This document shows positions 60,065 through 64,000 of a stretch of DNA of 64,000 nt, one piece after another. The stretch lies in NCBI GenBank assembly GCA_951804945.1, contig OX638151.1, forward strand, positions 69,626,001 to 69,690,000, read 5' to 3'. The notes beneath the pieces were generated by a model. That model was not told the origin of the DNA. It made no database searches and was given only the letters and a program-made list of their open reading frames with translations. Each line of letters opens with the position of its first letter. The stretch's first letter is position 1. The position numbers and the translations under genes are program-made. The DNA is from Podarcis cretensis (lineage: Eukaryota).

Positions 60065-61399
60065 GGTGTTACTGGACCAATAAGATGTTGAACTAGATGG
60101 GCGTTTGGTCTGATCCAGCAAACTCTTCTAACGTTTGTATGTCTTACACACAGAAAAACCTAAAGAAGAGAAGGCAGAGGGAATTGTGTGAGCCTTAGGT
60201 GTGTTTTGTACCTATAACAGTGATTTGATTTAAATTTAAAAGCATTTATACACCGCTTGATGTTTCAAAGATCTCTAAGTGTTGCACAGTCTAAAACAAA
60301 CAAATGATATAGAATTAAAACATGAAACTAATAATGTAAAACCAGTAAAACAACAATATGGAAGCTCACTAGGCCACGTCGTCTGTTGAGCCTTGCCTAT
60401 TGAATTCAGGCTCCATAAAGGTTTGTTTGTTTTGTAAATGCATTACTTTGTGTGCGGGATTATATCTAGCTCTCTGGCAAAGCTCCCATGTGTGGCCTGC
60501 AGCAGGGTTCCTCCTAGGCTTAAGGAAGAGAGGAACAATGGATTTTGGGGAGCTTGCGGCTGTTCTGGTGACAGTGAACAGGAAATCACTATGCCGGAAT
60601 CCAACTACACACAATTCAGTGTTTTTAGACGTGTGGCAAATACTTATTAGGGAATACAAAGAAAGTTTTAAAAGTGATACTTTTGGGAAGGGGACAGGAG
60701 GATTTTGCCTCCAACTTGTCATCACATGAATAACAGTTAAGTGTTGCTGTGTAGCTAATTAGTATGGCGCAGATCAGCACTCTCGCCACTGCCCGTAATT
60801 TATGTTTGTTGCTTTGCCAGTTTCCCAAAACATTAATAAGCATTTTAATATTTGATAAGGCAACCTCTAAATTATGTAAAATAAAGCTAAGCACTATTAA
60901 TACCCAATAGGGCACATTAAAAAGAGACGTCAGGAGCCTCCGCACAGCAGAGCACTTAACTCACACAGGAAATGGCCTTCCCTACTTGATACCTGAGACC
61001 ATAATGACAATTAAAAGAGGCTTTGGGGTTTCCTGATGGAGCTGGGAAGCTCACAAATTGTTTTTGAACATTTCATAACAGAATGAAACCTTGTTCGAGT
61101 TCAGCTCACTGAAACATCAAAAGGCTTCAGTTCCCAGGGCAATCACTCCTGTGGCTCATTCTGCGGTTTGATCCATCAGGTGTCTGAGAGGCATGGTTTC
61201 CTTCATGATAAATGTACAGATTTTGCAAAGTTGTCAAAAATATTTTCCTCAAGGAAGCATTTATGCTGGAAGGAAGTCACACTTCCCCGGCACTCATAAT
61301 TCAATATCTTGTCAGTGGTAAAATACAATTATTTTTTCCCAGCTAGTGCTGCCTCTAGGATCACAGGAAGCATGAATACCAGTTTCTGGGGAACAATAG

Positions 61400-61525
61400 A
61401 TGCTATTGCTCACCTGCCCTGTTTCTGGGCTGCCTATAGGCATCTGCTTGTCCATCGTGGGAAACAGGATCCTGTACTGAAAGAGCTCTTTGGTCTGGTC
61501 TATAAGAGCTCTGCTTATGTTCTTA
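61400..61525 (+). mobile_element. CR1 LINE 3' UTR fragment
   Basis: GGCATCTGCTTGTCCATCGTGGGAAACAGGATCCTG...CTTATGTTCTTA. Confidence 0.6.
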
Positions 61526-62349
61526 AGCTATATTTGGAGTGCTGTGTGGATTAATGTGATTGGGCTCGTACCGTGGCTTCATCTTGGGAAATGCTCATAT
61601 CACCACTGAAAGAATCACAGAATTGTAGAGTTGGAAGACCTCAATAGTGCAACCACCTGCAATGTAGGAATCACAGCTAAAGAATCCCTGACAGAGGATA
61701 AGCACCATGCCACAATGGGTGAGTAGGGCACTTAATTCCATAATAAATAAAATTGCCAGCACTGGGAGCTTTTTTTCTTTTAATTGACACCATTTGCCCA
61801 TCCCATACACATTCCATTCCCTTGTTGACCCCCTCCCTACATTGTAATTTTAATTTTCTTTCCTATGACCTCTGTGTGCTCCCCTCTTCCACTGGTCCAC
61901 TCCAGAGCCTGACTGGTTCAAATTAATTCAGTAAAAACCAGTAATTAAAGACCTTAATTACTTTGCTGCCTTACCTCCAAAATCTGATAAAGATGTGAAA
62001 AGACATGGGAGAGGTAAGACTTTCAGGGGTGGATCCTTTTAATCTGGTTTACTCTCCCTCGCTTTCCCCCAAGCTCAAAGTCGAATGAATATTGCAGCAC
62101 CAAGAACCCACCTCCTTGTAAGCATTCTCTGCACAAGATTATCCCATCCATTATGTGGATACTATGATGCTAAACGTAACTTCTGAGTGGTTTCCTCCCT
62201 TCAGTTGGAAAGGTTCTGAGTTTCCCCCAACCTTCTTGTAGCTTTTGTTTTCTGATGTGGGGTAGACAACTACTTCAACCCAGGACTCCCTTTAACCCAA
62301 GCATGCATTTGGGGACATATTTCTTAATCTTTTACAATATATTTGCATG

Positions 62350-62550
62350 GTGGAAGTGTTCCTGTTGCAACTCACCTTGGATTAAGCTGTTTCCCACCAG
62401 CTAAAGGCCACTGTAGGCTTCATCTTTTATTCTTTATTACTGGAAACCGCCCACTATCAGTGTCTCAGTCTTATCCGGATTAAGATTCAGTTTGTTGGCA
62501 TACAGTCCATTATCAAGGCAAGACAACGGTCCAGCACATCCACAGTCACA
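62350..62550 (-). mobile_element. L2 LINE ORF2 fragment
   Basis: TCTTATCCGGATTAAGATTCAGTTTGTTGGC...CAAGGCAAGACAACGGTCCAGCACATCCAC parallels 34629-34707; the minus strand reads ANKLNLNPDKTE. Confidence 0.7.
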
Positions 62551-63877
62551 CTGGTGCTTTGCTGAATTATCTTATTCCTTTTCACTCCATACTTCTGACT
62601 AACCTTTGCATTGAGATCCATCCTTCACCACTCTTTTTCCTCATTCCTTTAGTAGCTTATAACTTCTCTTGAAAAAACAGCAACAGAAAAATGATTCTCT
62701 GTTTTCTGGAGTTGGTCCTCATGACAATGCCCCTTTGCTGCTGTCATGGTCACTTGCATTTGGAATGCCAGAAATATATGACCTATAGATCTCTGGAGCC
62801 ACCATAATTTCTACATCCTTCTTTCTAAAGAGCCGCACCAGCATTTTGATGGTTCAGGGAGAGTTGCCAAGTCAAAACTACTAACCGATCTATCCTGATA
62901 GTTCTTTCTGCCAAACAGCTAGCATATATACTGCCCTTGTTTTTCTTCCTCCTGCCCATTTCATTAACTATCTGGATAGGGCAAGGAAAGACACAGAGCT
63001 GTGTATAGAAATGCAGACAACCTTGACCCTTTCTATTGGTAGCTAGTGATTTACAGTTTTTATTTCACTCACTTGAAAACTTTCCAGTAGCTTCTACTAA
63101 AACACGAAGCCAAACTGAAATCAAATTTTGAAATCAGTTTAAAAGCAACCACTGATTGAAAAGTAAAAGCATAAGCAATCAGAACACTTAAGAGTTTAAA
63201 TGCCCACCACTCCAAATTTGGTTCATACCTGTGAAAAGCTAAGGTGGACTTCTGTGGAGAGCTTGTTTGATAGAACCAGGACCATGACACATTGATCTGT
63301 CTTTTTATCCCCAAGAACCTTGCTTTCTGAACTTTAGGGGCCTTGAACTGCCCTCACACTATCTCCATATGTGCCAGTTCTCATGAGGACTTAATACCCC
63401 CCCCCCCAAAAAAAAAACCTTTTGTAGAAATTAGGCAAACTGAACTCAAGATTGTGTGGGGAGAGGAACTGAAAATAAACTGAAATCTATCCAAATTAAG
63501 CCCATTGAGCCGAGGAGGGGACAATCAGTTATTCCCACATTTCCTTTAGCTTATGCCTGTTCAGGTACTGAGGGAGGCCATCCTTCAGCATCTGCTCCCG
63601 CTCCCCATTCTCACAGCTCAGGGTTGGTGAAACAATTTCACCCCCAAAGGAACCCACATCCTGCCTCTGGGTCCTTATATTCCTGGTGGCAAGCCTTGGG
63701 AATTCCCAGTTACATTAAAGGTACCACTGAGAATCTCCATTCTTCCCCCACAGTGCTACCACGAGAGAGGGAGCAAGTCTCTGCTTAGCCTACCTCCCTC
63801 CACCTGCCCAGGATAAATTCCCATAGCTCACATTGGAGATCTTGCAGGAAAACATTGCTGCTCATGTTAGTGGTTTT

Positions 63878-64000
63878 GGAAAGGGCTGCAACTCAGTGGT
63901 AGAGTACTGTATCTGCTTTGTATGCATAAGATCCAAGGTTCAATCCCAGCATCTCCAGCTGGGAATGTTCCTGGCTTGAAACCCTGGAGAGCTGCTGCCA
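63878..64000 (+). mobile_element. tRNA-derived SINE, cut by the window end
   Basis: AACTCAGTGGTAGAG (A box), GGTTCAATCCC (B box), GAAACCCTGGAGAGCTGCTGCCA body. Confidence 0.7.

Noticed and set aside
60369-60729. Overlapping 109- and 118-aa ORFs on opposite strands
   Set aside because: No domain similarity or convincing splice sites; consistent with chance.

Overview
This is vertebrate non-coding DNA, almost certainly from a squamate (probably a lacertid lizard), judged by its Sauria SINE, Squam3-type SINEs and lizard-type MITEs. I found no intact protein-coding gene; the listed ORFs are chance or repeat-derived. The first ~6.3 kb may be the end of a + strand 3' UTR (tandem AATAAA at 6297/6309). 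The rest is intergenic or large-intron sequence, in which repeat-poor, homeodomain-motif-rich blocks alternate with many short transposon relics (hAT and Tigger-like MITEs, CR1/L2 fragments, SINEs, two solo LTRs). Main observations: (1) a 2.58-kb hAT-type element (21605-24186; perfect 12-bp TIRs, 8-bp TSD) with no transposase but an intronless, decayed CHEK2-like kinase gene plus a solo LTR, a candidate gene-carrying Pack-TIR; (2) a 92-bp Penelope-type insertion with a perfect 15-bp TSD that is little more than a minimal hammerhead ribozyme; (3) a Sauria SINE with a 54-nt CpG-rich 5' extension inside its TSDs; (4) a 93-bp hairpin with an exact fold-back copy fused to a SINE; (5) a Tigger1-like MITE; (6) a candidate recursive splice site on the minus strand. 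Family names come from recalled consensus sequences, not database searches.
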